This document shows, in pieces, positions 25,482 through 38,988 of a stretch of DNA of 64,000 bases. Every line of letters starts with the position of its first letter. Positions within the stretch are counted from its first letter, which is position 1. The translations under genes and the position numbers were made by a program. This DNA comes from Eledone cirrhosa (lineage: Eukaryota): contig OZ024741.1 in the NCBI GenBank assembly GCA_964016885.1, forward strand, positions 404,302,001 through 404,366,000, read 5' to 3'. The notes under the pieces were generated by a model, which saw only the letters and a list, made by a program, of their open reading frames with translations, was not told the DNA's origin and did not search any database.

Positions 25482-25950
25482 AGGAGTGTGGAATAAGAAG
25501 GGCTGTTGGAATTATCTAGGGGCTTGGGAGAAGCAGGGGACTTGGAATAAATAGGGGTGTTGGAATAGACAGGGGCTTGAGAGGAGCAGGGGTCTTGGAA
25601 TAAACAGAGCTGTTGAATAGACAGGGGTCAGGGAGAAGCTAGGTATTTGGAGGCGTTTGGAATAAACAGGGGTCTGGGAGAAGCAGGGAGTGTGGAATAA
25701 GAAGGGGTGTTGGAATAGACAGGGGTCTGGGAGAAGCAGGGAGTGTGGAATAAGAAGGGGTGTTGGAATAGACAGGGGTCTGGGAGAAGCAGGGAGTGTG
25801 GAATAAGAAGGGGTGTTGGAATAGACAGGGGTCTGGGAGAAGCAGGGAGTGTGGAATAAGAAAGGGTGTTGGAATAGACAGGGGTCTGGGAGAAGCTAGG
25901 GGGCTTTAAATAAGCAGGGGAGTTGGAATACTCGGAGGGGTTGGGAATAA
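25482..25950. repeat. G-rich 53-bp minisatellite built from three ~18-bp subunits
   Basis: gggagtgtggaataagaaggggtgttggaatagacaggggtctgggagaagca repeated at 25686, 25739, 25792 and 25845, with diverged flanking units. Confidence 0.9.
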
Positions 25951-26390
25951 GAGGTGGTGTGTGTGTGTGGGGGGGGGGATAAGCAAGCAGTGGTGAAATC
26001 GGTAAATTTTCTAGGTTGTCTCCGTTGATTCTTTTGAAAACCAGAATTAGACGTTTAGTTTATATATATTGAGACGCCAACCCATCCTATTTATTTTATA
26101 ACGTATTGGATTTCTAGTAATGTAGATTTTTGTCGTTTATAATAAGCCGCGGGCGAGGGGTGATCATTCGAGAACCGAGAATAACAGATAATTATAAGAA
26201 TATCCTTGATGCTGCTAATGATTTCTATCATAGATCAAAGGCGTTCTATCACAGACCATCCCTCTTTATTTTAAACGGCATAAATATGGTAAGGATTGAT
26301 GGAATGGTCTAAGATGTTACACGTGTTTATACAGGTTCGAAGGAATGTTTGTTTATATCTATATATCTACCTATCTATCTATCTATCTAT

Positions 26391-27454
26391 CACCGACCAA
26401 CCGGTGTGGACACCGTTTGTGAGACAGGCCTTCCCACAACTTGTCTCGCTGACGGAGCTGCAGTCCTGGGTCAAGCGAAGACCGAAGAATATGGGCCCCT
26501 GGCACATTGAATGCGCCCAGGCACTCACAGTCCTCTGTCAAATGGGCACAGAAATCAGTGGAGACTCCACTTCGACATTCTACAGAGGGTTAGTACTTTA
26601 CAAGTGCGACGACGTGCTCGGGGAGATTCTAGGCGTCGAAGACGACGAGCTCAACAGTCTCTTGGGTTGGACTTTCCACCCGGGAGCTATGGACAACTTC
26701 CAGAGGTCCCTGGCATGGCAGTGTTACCGAGGAGCTCTACCTGTTCGAGATAAGATCTACAGGCACGGACGCCCCGGCAGGGATCCTTCCAAGAGGACGT
26801 GTCCAAGATGCGAGCAGGACATCGAAACCGTCTTGCACGCAATTGTACACTGCCCGGGCGTAAGCGACCTGTGGAACTATGCGGAACAACTGCTGTCACG
26901 CATGGGACAAATCCAGTTGACTGCCGAGTCCATAGTAAGGATCAAACCGCCAGCCTCTTTCAAAAGCGAAAGAGAGGAGGTTTTCCTCTGTACAGTGGCT
27001 ATGGTGAAAGAGGTTATACGGTGGACGAGATTGAGAGGACTGAGAACAGATGCCTTTCTCGTTCGGACAGCAATTTATTCCCTTCTTTAAGTATCACTTT
27101 AGAAGGAGAATCAGAGTGGAGAGAGAGGCACTGCAGCCCAGTAAATTTACTGAAAGGTGGGTGAATGAAGCGAAAATGGCCCGAGCGATTGGGCCTTCTC
27201 TGTTTATAAGCTTATAGGTTAAAGAAGAGAGCAAAAGGAAGAAGGGAGCACTTGCACAACACGCTCCTGAAGTTGAGGGTTGTTCTATCGACGGGGTATT
27301 AAACAAACCATTTGTGGCGCCTCCCCTCTATTGGGGATTCCGATTGTTATAATTGTTTGTTTCAATATTTTTACACGACTGTATGTAAAATCCCCGGCAT
27401 GTGTCTTTGTATTGTCCCTTTTTTTTGTGCGCCCTTGTGGCAAATAAAGAAATA
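26391..27454 (+). mobile_element. Tx1-clade LINE copy 1 (5'-truncated, subfamily alpha)
   Basis: C-terminal CPRC..ETVLHAIVHC zinc finger, 3'UTR ending AATAAAGAAA, (TATC)n on both sides. Confidence 0.9.
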
Positions 27455-27489
27455 TATCTATCTATCTATCTATCCCTCTATCTATCTAC

Positions 27490-30047
27490 CTCGGAAGTGA
27501 AAATTGACAACAAATCCACGATTCGGTCTTTGAAAGACCAAAACGGACGCGTGCTACTTGACCCCTGGCAGATGTGCGCGGCCTTTCAGTGACACTTTGC
27601 GCGACTGTTTGAGCAGAACGATGGTGCACCGAACGGGGTAATGGACTTTAGTTCATACCTCGACGGCCTGCCGCGTCTCTCGAGCATGGACGCCGACTTC
27701 TGTGAAAGACCGATCACAGCCACTGAGATAAGGGACGCTCTGGGCCGCTGCGGGAAACGCAAATCACCCGGTCTAGATGGTCTACCCTATGATTTTTACA
27801 TAGGAATGCCGGGCTTGTTCTCTGGCATCCTCGAAGCCGTCTACTGCAATTGGCATCAGAACGGGACAATTCCCAGTTCTGCTGGCAAGGGCGTAGTAAT
27901 GCTGATGAGAAAGACGAGAACAAGGGAGACGAAATAAACAATTTCAGGCCCATATCTCTGCTCAACACAGAGTTACAGATTTTGGCCAAGGTACTAGCAA
28001 CGTGGCTGGCGCTTGTCGTCGAAAACCTGGTAGGGAAAGCACAAACGTGTGCAATCCCAACTAGGTCCATACACGACAACCTTCACCTCATGCGATACAT
28101 CATAGAGAGGGTAGGGTGTAAACCCGGCTTCGGTGGGGCTCTAATCAATTTAGATCAGTCTAAGGCATTCGATAGGGTCGACCATCGATACTTGGAAGCG
28201 GTTCTCAAGGCAGCCGGTTTCGGTCCCGTTTTCAGAGGCTGGATAAAGGCGATGCACACCAGCATCTGCTTAAAGGTCAAGGTGAACGGCTACCTATCGG
28301 ATCCGTTCGCAATCACGCATTCCATTCGACAAGGATGCCGTCTCTCCTCCATTCTGTACGTATTGACTCTAGAGCCACTACTGCGGAAGTTGGAGCTTTT
28401 GTAGGGCATCCCTTTAGAACCGGGACTGCGAAAAGCAGCTCCGGCCTATGCCGACGACGTGACGGTAATGGTGTCGAAAACCTCGGAAATACAGGTAATC
28501 GGCAACCTACTACAGTAATACGAAAGGTTCACAAGAGCAAAACTGAACCTTGACAAGTCTGTCGGTTTGCAACTCAGAACGTGGAGAGGCAAACCGATGC
28601 CCTCCGACAGCGTTGTCGGACGCTGGACGGTAGGACGAGTGAAATTGTTGGGTCTGGTTCGGTCTAGACTTCCAGGTGGAGAAAAACTGGACGAGGTCAT
28701 GGCCAAGTTATTTGCGCTCACCCAGAAGTGGGTAAAGTGCAAACTGTCTTTGAAAGGTCGGGCGGAGGTGTCGAACAATTTCATAGCGTCCGTCATCTAC
28801 TAACGCTTGACTGTCATGCTTTGTCCCCGTAAATACCTCACCAAGATGGAACGCATGCTCTTCCAGTTCCTGTGGAAGAAGCAGGCTCCCCTGTGATGAG
28901 ATCCGTCTGCTGTCAACACCCTTCCCATGGAGGGCTGGGCATGCCGTGGCTAATGATGCGCAAACATGCGCTGAGACTACGGCATCTCCAGGTATTCCTC
29001 ACCGACCAACCGGTGTGGGCACCGTTTGTGAAACAGGCCTTCCCACAACTTCTCTCGCTGACGGAGCTGCGGTCCTGGGTCAAGCGAAGACTGAAGAAGA
29101 TGAGCGCCTGCCACATTGAATGCGCCCTGGCGCTCACAGTCCTCTGTGATCAATGGAGACTCCACTTCGACATTCTATAGAGGGTTAATACTTTACAAGT
29201 GCGACGAAGTGCTCGGGGAGACTCTAAGCGTCGAAGACGACGAGCTCACCAGTCTGTTCTGTAGGACTTTCCGCCCGGGACCTATGGATAACTTCCAGAG
29301 GTCCCTGGCCTGGCAGTGATACCGAAGAGCTCTACCCGTTCGAGACAAGATCTACAGGCATGAACAACCCGGCAGGGATCCTTCCAAGAGGACGTGTCCA
29401 AGATGCGAGCAGGTCATTGAAACCGTCTTGCACGCAATTGTACACTGCCCGGGCGTAAGCGACCTGTGGAACTACGCTGAACAACTGCTGTCACGTATGG
29501 GACAAATCCAGTTGACTGCCGAGTCCATAGTAGGGTTCAAACCGCCAGCCTCTTTCAAAAACGAAAGAGAGGCGGTTTTCCTCTGTACAGTGGCTATGGT
29601 GAAAGAGGTTATATGGTGGACGAGATTGAGAGGACTGAGGACAGATGCCTTTCTCTCCGGACAACAATTGATTCCCTTCATTAAGTATCACTTTAGAAGG
29701 AGAATCAGAGTGGAGAGAGAGGCACTGCACCCCAGTAAATTTACTGAAAGGTGGGTGAATGAATTGAAAATGGCCCGAGTGATTGGGCCTTCTCTGTTTA
29801 TAAGCCTGTAGGTTGGTTAAGGAAGAGAGCAAAAGAAAGAAAGGAGCACTTGCACAACATGCTCCTGAAGTTGAGGGTTGTTCTATCGACGGAGTATTAT
29901 ACAAACCATTTGTGGCGCTTCCCCCCTATTGGGAATTTCGATTGTTATAATTGTTTGTTTTATATTTTTTACATGACTGTATGTAAAATCCCCGGCATGT
30001 CTTTGTATTGTCCCCTTTTCTTGTGCGCTCTTGTGGCTAATAACGAA
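27490..30047 (+). mobile_element. Tx1-clade LINE copy 2 (5'-truncated, subfamily alpha, RT pseudogene)
   Basis: KSPGLDGLP, NFRPISLLN, LDQSKAFDRVDH, IRQGC, YADD; several stops and frameshifts. Confidence 0.92.
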
Positions 30048-30101
30048 ATCTATCTATCTATCTATCTACCTATCTATCTATCTATATATATATCTATCTA
30101 T

Positions 30102-30664
30102 GGTTGACCACCGAGTCTATTGTAACGATCAAACCGCCTCCCCTCTTCAAAAACGAAGGAGAGGCGGTGTTTCTGTGCTTAATAGCCATGGCGAAAGAGG
30201 TTGTATAGTGAACGCGTCTGAAAGGACTGAGGTCAGACACCTTTCTCTCAGGCCAACAACTGGGCCGTTTCTTCCGATATCATTTCGGAAGAAGGATCAG
30301 GATGGAGAGAGATGTGCTGCACCCCAGCCGTTTTTATGAAAGATGGGTGAAAGTGGCGAGAATGGCCCGTGTGAATGGGCCTTCACTCTACATCAGACTA
30401 TAGGTGAGGATGATGAAAGACCAAGGGAGCACCCCTTCTCTGTGCTCCTGAGGAAAAGGGTTGCACACTTTTTTCGGGGGTGTGTGCGACCCCCCAAGGC
30501 GCCTCCTCTCTATTGAGGATTTTGTTATATATTTTATTTTGTTATATTTTATTTTATTTTATATTTTGTTATTGCCTCCTCCTTATTGAGGACGCCTTGT
30601 TTTGTAAACTCCCCCCATTGTACTTGTCCCACTTTTGATGCTCTGGTGGCAAATAAAAGAAACA
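30102..30664 (+). mobile_element. Tx1-clade LINE copy 3 (3' fragment, subfamily beta)
   Basis: Near-identical to 32555-33175 and 38588-38988. Confidence 0.9.
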
Positions 30665-30749
<85 letters not shown>

Positions 30750-33175
30750 GAGATAGAGGACGTGCTGAGCCAATGCGGCAAACGCAAATCCCCGGGTCTC
30801 GATGGTCTTCCTTACGAATTATATCTAGCTATGCCGGACTTGTTCCCCGATCTCCTCGAGGCGGTCTACTGCACATGGCAACAGAACGGGAGAATTCCCT
30901 GTACTGTGACCAAGGGCGTAGTCACGCTAGTGAGGAAGGACGAGAACAAGGGGACGAAATAAGTAACTTCAGGCCCATAACTCTGCTAAATACAGAGTTA
31001 CAGATTTTGGCCAAGGTGCTAGCAAAGAGGTTGGCGCTTGTCGTGGGCAACCTGGTGGGAGATGCGCAGACATGCGCTATCCCGTCCAGGTCCATCCATG
31101 ACAACCTCCACCTCATGCGATACATCATAGAGAGGGTTGGGAACGAACCCGGCTTTGGTGGGGCTCTGATCAACTTGGATCAATCTAAGGCGTTCGATAG
31201 GGTCGACCATGGTTACCTGGATGCGGTGCTAGCGGCGGCAGGCTTCGGACCCGTTTTCAAGGGCTGGATCACTGCTATGCACAGCAGCCGCATCTGCTCT
31301 AGGATCAAGGTGAACGGCTACCTCTCGGAGCCGTTCAAAATCGCGCGGTCCATCCGACAAGGGTGCCCTCTCTCCTCCCTTCTGACGTGTTGACTCTCGA
31401 GCCACTACTGCGGAAGTTGGAGTTGTTGCAGGGCATCCCTTTGGAACCGGGATTGCGGAAAGCGGTGTCGGCCTACGCCGATGACGTGACATTAATGGTG
31501 TCAACGGCCTCCGAAATCAAGGCGGTCGGCACCTTACTGGAGGAGTACGAAAAGTTCACAGGGGCTAAGCTGAACCGGGACAAGTCGATCGGTTTGCAAC
31601 TCGGCACGTGGAGGGGAAGACCGATGCCCTCCGATGGCGTCGTCGGACGCTTGACGGAGGGCCCGGTGAAGTTGCTCGGGGTCTGGTTCGGACCGGACCT
31701 CCAGGTGGAGAAAAACTGGGCGGAGGTTACGAACAGGGTGTTTGCACTGACCCAGAAGTGGGCCAGTTGCAAACTATCCCTGAAAGGTCGGGCGGAGGTG
31801 GGGAACACCTACATAGCGTCCGTCATCTACTACCGCCTGACCGTAGTGCCCTGCCCAAGGGAAACCCTCACCAAGATGGAGCGCGCGCTCTTCCAATTCC
31901 TTTGGAAGAGGCGGGCTCCTATGGTGAGGAGATCCATCTGCTGTCAACACCCTTCGAAAGGAGGGCTGGGGATGCCGTGGCTAATGATGCGTAAACACGC
32001 ATTAAGGCTACGGCACCTCTACGTATTCTTCACCGGACAACCGGTGTGGGCCTCGTTTGTGAGACGAACCTTTCCCAGACTCGTCTCACTCACCGAGCTG
32101 CAATCCTGGGTCAAGCAATGACCGAGAAAACTGGGCGCCTGGCACACTGAGTGTGCCCAGGCGCTCACCGCCCTCTGGCAGGAGGATCCGGTTATCAGTG
32201 GAGACTCCACCGCAACATTCTATAGAGGGCTGGTACGCAGCAGGTGCGACGACGCCCTCGGAGAAGCCCTAGACATGGAGGAGGACGAACTGGCCGGCCT
32301 GTTCGGTAGGACATTCAGCCCGGGACCTATGGACAACTTCCAGAAGTCCCTGGCCTGGCAGTGCTACCGAGGAGCTTTACCCGTTCGAGAAAGGCTCTAC
32401 AGACACGGGCGCCGGGGTAGGGACCCCGCCAAAAAGATCTGTCCCAGATGCGTGTGCGACGAGGAAACCGTTGCACACGCATTGGTACACTGCTCGGGCG
32501 TAGCCGATCTGTGGGGCTATGTCGAACAACTGCTGTCAAGGGTGGGACCGATCCGGTTGACCACCGAGTCTATTGTAATGATCAAGCCGCCTCTCCCCTT
32601 CAAAGATGAAGCAGAGGCGGTGTTTCTGTGCGTAATAGCCATGGCGAATGAGGTTGTATGGTGGACGCGTCTGAAAGGACTGAGGTCAGGCACCTTTCTC
32701 TCTGGCCAACAACTGGTCCGTTTCTTCCGATATCATTTCGGAAGAAGGATCAGGATGGAGAGAGAGGTGCTGCACCCCAGTCGTTTTTATGAAAGGTGGG
32801 TGAAAGTGGCGAGAATGGCCCGTGTGAATGGACCTTCTCTTTACATGAGCCTGTAGGTGGAAAAGAGGAAGGAACGAGGGAGCACCCCCTCCCTGTGCTC
32901 CTGAGGAAAAGGGTTGCACACTTTTTTCGGGGGTGTGTGCGACCCCCCAAGGCGCCTCCTCTCTATTGAGGATTTTGTTATAAATTTTATATTTTGTTAT
33001 AATTTATAACAAAATCCTCTATTGAGGATTTTGTTATAATTCTATTTTTTGTTATATTTTATTTTATTTTTATATATTGTTATTGCCTCCTCCCTATAGA
33101 GGACGCCTTGTTTTGTAAACTCCCCCCATTGTACTTGTCCCACTTTTGATGCCCTTGTGGCAAATAAAAGAAACA
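30750..33175 (+). mobile_element. Tx1-clade LINE copy 4 (5'-truncated, subfamily beta, RT pseudogene)
   Basis: RT motifs (DQSKAFDRVDH, RQGCPLS, YADD) and CPRC..ETVAHALVHC. Confidence 0.92.
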
Positions 33176-33183
33176 TATCTATC

Positions 33184-33214
<31 letters not shown>

Positions 33215-33547
33215 CTATAATAATCTAGCTGTCGTCTGTTCTACAGCGTAGATGTAATTCACTTCGCGCAGAAGTTTTGTTCCAATTTATTGCGGAAATT
33301 TTGTAAGTTCGATTTTAATTTTGATACTATTGTGTAGCTTGAACCCCGTCTGAACTGTGAGACGGTGGGTCAGCTCATCTTCGCCCCTCTCAGGGCTGAA
33401 AAACCTGTTTTTAAAAATTTTGTCGCATAAAAAATTCAATCGTCTGACAGAAAAGTTAAACGAAGCTAACGAAAATAGTGGTGGGGGGACAGCGGTAAGA
33501 GTTGTAAGCTCGCACGCTTTAGACACCCTTCTTTCCCAACTAACGTC

Positions 33548-35356
33548 ATAGGGAAGGAAAGAAAAAATAAAATAAAAACAGACGAATGTGCGGAGAAAAA
33601 TGACGAAAACACAAATCTGGACATTGATTCCAACAACAAAAAAAAATTTGAAAAATTGCCGGACAATATTAATACCACAAACAAAGACACAACAAACACA
33701 AAAATAACATTTGAAAACAACATCATAACAGAGAGCAAAGCAGACGACAAAGTCAACACCAATAATATTTCATTTGCACAAACAACAAAGAAATCTTTGA
33801 CATATATACCTGAAAATATTTCAGATGTGGCACAAAGAATTATAAACGCCAAACAATACATAACTCAATGGGAAAATGGTATTTTATCGGTAAAAATGCC
33901 TCAAGAACTCACCAAAGACATTGAAAGTCGGACGGTCGTTTTCCGCACCATCAACAACATTTCTAAAAAACCTCAACAGCCAACACAAACAGAAATCAAA
34001 GCAGTACTTACAGAAGTACTTAATGAAACCACTTTCATAAGAAGAGACAGACTGTATGGTAGCCTAGCGATTATTATGAATTACGAATCGGCGGCAAAAA
34101 AATGTGCTTTGTCGCCGATTCGTTCGACAAATTTTACTTTTTATCCATCTTATATGGGTAAAAGAACTCAGCGCATATGGCTGGATGCAATGATGCCAGA
34201 TGTGGATTACTGCTGGCTCATAGCTGGTTTCATCGATCCAGCGAATGACAACGTGATTTCCATTGGGAAAACCACAGGCAATGCGTTCAGTGGAACAGGT
34301 ATAGAACTTGTAGTGCAAATGAAGCCTGAACGCATCGCCCAAATACCCGACAGAATCCTATTAGAGGGCCATCGGTATATAAACATTAGCGTGGAGGGCA
34401 GAAGGCCGTCCTGTCATATCTGTGCAGGCACAGGGCACCTGAAGGCGGCTTGTCCCCAACTCAACAAAAAGAAAACCCTGATACCAACACCAGCTCCACC
34501 ACCACCACAACAGATAAACAAACAACAAAACTCAGTCCCACCCAACCCGTCCCTCAGTAAAACTACACCACCACCACACCACAAACAGTCACAACACATT
34601 ACCCCAAAACAAAACACAGTCCCACCCAACCCCTCACTCACTAAAACAACACAACCACCGCAGCCACAACACACAACACAGTCTAACATAGTGACATCCA
34701 TCTCCCCCACAAAGAAAACCAACACGGAAACATTACCAGCAAACATACCTCTTCCCTCCAACACTGAAGATAACCCAACGAATTCGGAGGAAGGAACGGA
34801 GTCCTTCAGACAGATTAAAAGGAAAAAAAGAAAACATGTGCAAATCACACAAGGCCAAACAACCCCTACCCAAATGTCAACACAATCCAATAAAACACAA
34901 AACACCCCTCCAGCAACAAACAAAACAAAACCTGCCCCTCCCCTCTTCGAAACACTCACACCATCCGAAAAAAAGACATTTCACTATACTTACATCAACA
35001 GAAACAATAATAAATTAAATGAACTCATAAACAATAATCCTTCGGTACAAACCGAAGGTGTAAACTTTGTTTCTTCAGAAAACTACCCACATTTAAAATT
35101 AATAAAGATCCCAATGAACCTCTACCAAAAACTAAAAAAGGATATTAAGGAGGACGTAGGACCACCCTCTGTCAAACCCATAAACCGCGTCCTACTAAAA
35201 AGCTTTTCCCCTCCCCTTCCCCTCCCCAACACAACTCCAAACACCCCAACCCCACCACACACTGACGACCCCATACCACCACAAGATACCCCTTCACCCA
35301 ACACCCCCGACCCCATGGAAGTGGTGCGACCCGAACCCCGGGAAGCAGAAAGGTAG
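33548..35356 (+). CDS. Tx1 ORF1 gag-like protein with CCHC zinc knuckle and P/T/Q-rich tail
   Basis: EGRRPSCHICAGTGHLKAACP. Frame is open from 33479; the start is inferred at gtcATAg (33548), possibly a mutated ATG. Confidence 0.8.
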   Translation: MGKERKNKIKTDECAEKNDENTNLDIDSNNKKKFEKLPDNINTTNKDTTNTKITFENNIITESKADDKVNTNNISFAQTTKKSLTYIPENISDVAQRIINAKQYITQWENGILSVKMPQELTKDIESRTVVFRTINNISKKPQQPTQTEIKAVLTEVLNETTFIRRDRLYGSLAIIMNYESAAKKCALSPIRSTNFTFYPSYMGKRTQRIWLDAMMPDVDYCWLIAGFIDPANDNVISIGKTTGNAFSGTGIELVVQMKPERIAQIPDRILLEGHRYINISVEGRRPSCHICAGTGHLKAACPQLNKKKTLIPTPAPPPPQQINKQQNSVPPNPSLSKTTPPPHHKQSQHITPKQNTVPPNPSLTKTTQPPQPQHTTQSNIVTSISPTKKTNTETLPANIPLPSNTEDNPTNSEEGTESFRQIKRKKRKHVQITQGQTTPTQMSTQSNKTQNTPPATNKTKPAPPLFETLTPSEKKTFHYTYINRNNNKLNELINNNPSVQTEGVNFVSSENYPHLKLIKIPMNLYQKLKKDIKEDVGPPSVKPINRVLLKSFSPPLPLPNTTPNTPTPPHTDDPIPPQDTPSPNTPDPMEVVRPEPREAER

Positions 35357-35389
35357 GTCTCTACACTCTCCTTTGGCTTTGCCGCCCAC

Positions 35390-38345
35390 ATGGATGTGTT
35401 AAGAGTAGGATGTTTGAATGCACGTGGCCTGGGCTCAACTTGGAAGCAAGCAAAGCTTCTAAATGACCTCAGGTCACGTGGTATAAATGTAATGGTTATC
35501 TGTGAGACTCGGATCAGCGTCGTGCGGCAGCTGGCCCCTACCTTCGATGACTTTGAGGTGCATGCATCTCTCTGTCAACCTAGAGGTGGAGGTGGGGTTG
35601 TCGTACTGCTGGAAAAACACCTGGGTCTCGCCGTACAGGTTGTTCACTCGGACCCGGAGGGTCCTTTGTTGGTGCTAGACGTTGGCAGTAGTGAAGGTGC
35701 GGCCTTGAGACTGGTCGCCGTCAACTCCCCTTTCGGAGCTGAACGGCCCGACTTCTTCTCTCAAAAGAGAGATTAGAACAGAATCAATAAGTTATAGCAA
35801 GATGTTAGCTGCCGATAGGAATAGAAACGAGAAAGAATTAACAGGTAAATTAGAAGAGGCAATCAAGAGCGAAGATGTGGCCAGAGTGCTGGCATCGAGG
35901 ACGGCCTTGAACCAGTTTTTCGATGCAAAGCACGAAGGCTGCGTCATTCGAACTAAAATACGTGCTCTAGGTAATGAGGGGGCCAAAGCCGTTGGCTGGG
36001 CCAGCGTGACAGAAGCTAAGAGTGGAAATCGATCCACCATCCAGTCTTTGCAAGACGAGGATGGACGGGTGGTCCGGGAGCCTAAGCAGATGTGCGAGGC
36101 CTTTCAAAGGCACTTTGCCCGATTAATCGGGGGAGGCGAGGGTCCGGGCGGGGACGTGGATTTCGGTTAATACCTCGTCGGCCTGCCGCGTCTCTCGAGC
36201 GAAGAGGCAGAGTCCTGCGAGGGACCAATCTCGGCTGATGAGATCGGGGATGCGCTGAGCCAATGCAGCAGACGCAAATCTCCAGGTCTCGATGGTATAC
36301 CTTAAGAACTTTATTTAGCAATGCCGGTCTTCTTCTCCGAACTCCCCGAAGCGGTCTACTGCAATTGGCAGCAGAACGCGAGAATTCCTTGTTCTGTAGC
36401 CAAGGGCGTAGTCTCGCTGGTGAGGAAGGACGAGAACAAGGGGTATAGTATAAATAATTTTCGGCCCATAACCCTGCTAAACACAGAGTTAAAGATTTTG
36501 GCCAAGGTGTTAGCAAAGAGGTTGGCGCTTGTCGTGGGTGGCCTGGTGGGAGATGCGCAGACATGTGCTATCCCATCCAGGTCCATTCACGATAACCTCC
36601 ACCTCATGCGATACATCATAGAGAGGGTTGGCAACAAACCCGGCTTCGGTGGGGCCCTGATCAACTTGGATTAGTCTAAGGCTTTCGATAGGGTCGACCA
36701 TGGTTACCTGGATGCGGTGCTAGCGGCGGCTGGGTTCGGTCCTGTTTTCAGATGCTGGATAGCCTTACATAGCAACCACATCTGCTCTAGGATCAAGGTG
36801 AACGGCTACCTTTCGAAGCCGTTCGAAATCACACGATCCATTCGACAGGGGTGCCTTCTCTCCTCCCTTCTGTACGTATTGACTCTCGAGCCTTTACTGA
36901 GGAAGTTGGAGTTGTTGCAGGGTATCCCCCTGGAACCAGGATTGAGCAAAGCGGTGTCGGCCTACGCCGATGACGTAACAGTAATGGTATCGATCGATTC
37001 GGAGATCGAGGCGATCGGTACCTTACTGGAGGATTACGAAAGGTTGTCAGGAGCGAAACTGAACCGGGAAAAATCCATCGGGTTGCAACTCGGAACGTGG
37101 AGAGGCAGACCGATGCCTCCCGACGGTGTCGTCGGATACTGGACGGAGGGCCCGGTGAAGTTGCTTGGGGTCTGGTTTGGACCGGACCTCCAGGTGGAAA
37201 AGAACTGGGACGAGGTTACGAACAAGGTGTTTGCACTAACCCAGAAATGGGCCAAGTGTAACCTGTCCCTAAAAGGTCGGGCGGAGGTGGCGAACATTTA
37301 CATAGCGTCCGTCACTTACTACCGCCTGACTGTCGTGCCTTGCCCTAAGGAAACACTCACCACCATGGAACGCATGCTCTTCCAATTTCTTTGGAAGAAG
37401 CACCCTCCTATGGTGAGAAGATCCCTCTGCTGCCAACAACCTTCGAAAAGAGGGCTGGGGATGCCGTGGTTGATGATGCGTAGGCACGCATTAAGGCTAC
37501 GGCACCTACAGGTATTCCTCACTGGTCAACCGGTGTGGGCTCCGTTCGTGAAACGAGCCTTTCCGAGACTCGTCTCGCTCACCCAGCTGCAGTCCTGGGT
37601 CAAGCAAAGATCCGGAAAACTGGGAGACTGGCACACTGAGTGTGCCCAGGCGCTCAGGGCTCTCTGGCAAGCGGGCCAGGCCATCGGTGGAGAATCCACC
37701 TCATCATTCTATAGAGGGCTGGTGGCTAGCAGGGGCGATGACACCCTTGGAGAGTCGCTGGACATGGAAGAGGACGAACTGGCCAGCCTGTTCGGTAGGA
37801 CTTTCGGCCCGGGACCAATGGACAACTTCCAGAAGTCACTAGCCTGGCAGTGCTACCGCGGGGCTCTACCCGTTCGAGAGAGGCTCTACAGACACGGGCG
37901 CCCGGGCAGGGATCCCTCGAAAAAGATTTGCCCTAGATGCGTGCGTCACGAAGAAACCGTTGCGCACGCATTGGTGCAATGTCCGGGCGTGGCTGATCTG
38001 TGGGGCGACGCCGAACGACTGCTGTCGCGGGTGGCGCCGATTCGATTGACCGCCGAGTCCGTGATGACAATCAAGCCGCCTCCCCCTTTCACAAAGGAAG
38101 CAAAGGCGGTTTTTCTGTGCGTAATAGCCATGTTGAAAGAGGTTGTTTGGTGAACACGATTGAAAGGTCTGAGGTCAGGCAACTTCCTCTCTGGCCATAG
38201 TCTGGTCTACTTCTTCCGATATCACTTCGGAAGAAGGATAAGAATGGAGAGAGAGGTGCTTGGCCACAGGCAGTTTTATGAAAGGTGGGTGAAAGAGGCG
38301 AGAATGGCTCGTGTAAATGGGCCTTCTCTGTATACCATCCTGTAG
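35390..38345 (+). pseudogene. Tx1 ORF2 APE endonuclease-RT-CCHC, disrupted
   Basis: MDVLRVGCLNARGL..VMVICETR (APE N-terminus), deletion near 35758, YADD at 36963-36974, CPRC..H..C; stops at 36168, 36304, 36672 and 38151. Confidence 0.92.
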
Positions 38346-38587
38346 GTAAAGAAGTGAAGGAGAGGGGAGCACCTTCTCCATGTGCTCCCCGGGCAAAGGA
38401 TTGCACACTTTTTCGGGGAGGGGGGGTTGCAATCCCCATCACGTCCCCTCCCTTTTGAGGTTGTTTTCGATTATTTTCATTTTATACCCTTTTTACTCGA
38501 TTTTATGTAAACTCCCCCTTTGTATTTGTCCCTTCTTTTTATGCCTTTATGGTAAAAAAAGAAATCTATCTATCTATCTATCTATCT

Positions 38588-38988
38588 CGTTTCTTCCGAT
38601 ATCATTTCGGAAGAAGGATCAGGATGGAGAGAGAGGTGCTGCACCCCAGCCGTTTTTATGAAAGATGGGTGAAAGTGGCGAGAATGGCCCGTGTGAATGG
38701 GCCTTCACTCTACATCAGACTATAGGTGAGGAAGATGAAAGACCAAGGGAGCACCCCTTCTCTGTGCTCCTGAGGAAAAGGGTTGCACACTTTTTTTCGG
38801 GGGTGTGTGCGACCCCCCAAGGCGCCTCCTCTCTATTGAGGATTTTGTTATAAATTTTATTCTGTTATATTTTATTTTATTTTTATATTTTGTTATTGCC
38901 TCCTCCTTATTGAGGACGCCTTGTTTTGTAAACTCCCCCCATTGTACTTGTCCCACTTTTGATGCCCTGGTGGCAAATAAAAGAAACA
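38588..38988 (+). mobile_element. Tx1-clade LINE copy 6 (3' fragment, subfamily beta)
   Basis: Matches 30266-30664. Confidence 0.9.

Larger units (their letters stand above)
33219..38563 (+). mobile_element. Tx1-clade LINE copy 5, with 5'UTR, ORF1 and ORF2 (internal deletion in endonuclease)
   Basis: Two-ORF layout; distinct 3'UTR (subfamily gamma); (TATC)n on both sides. Confidence 0.93.
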
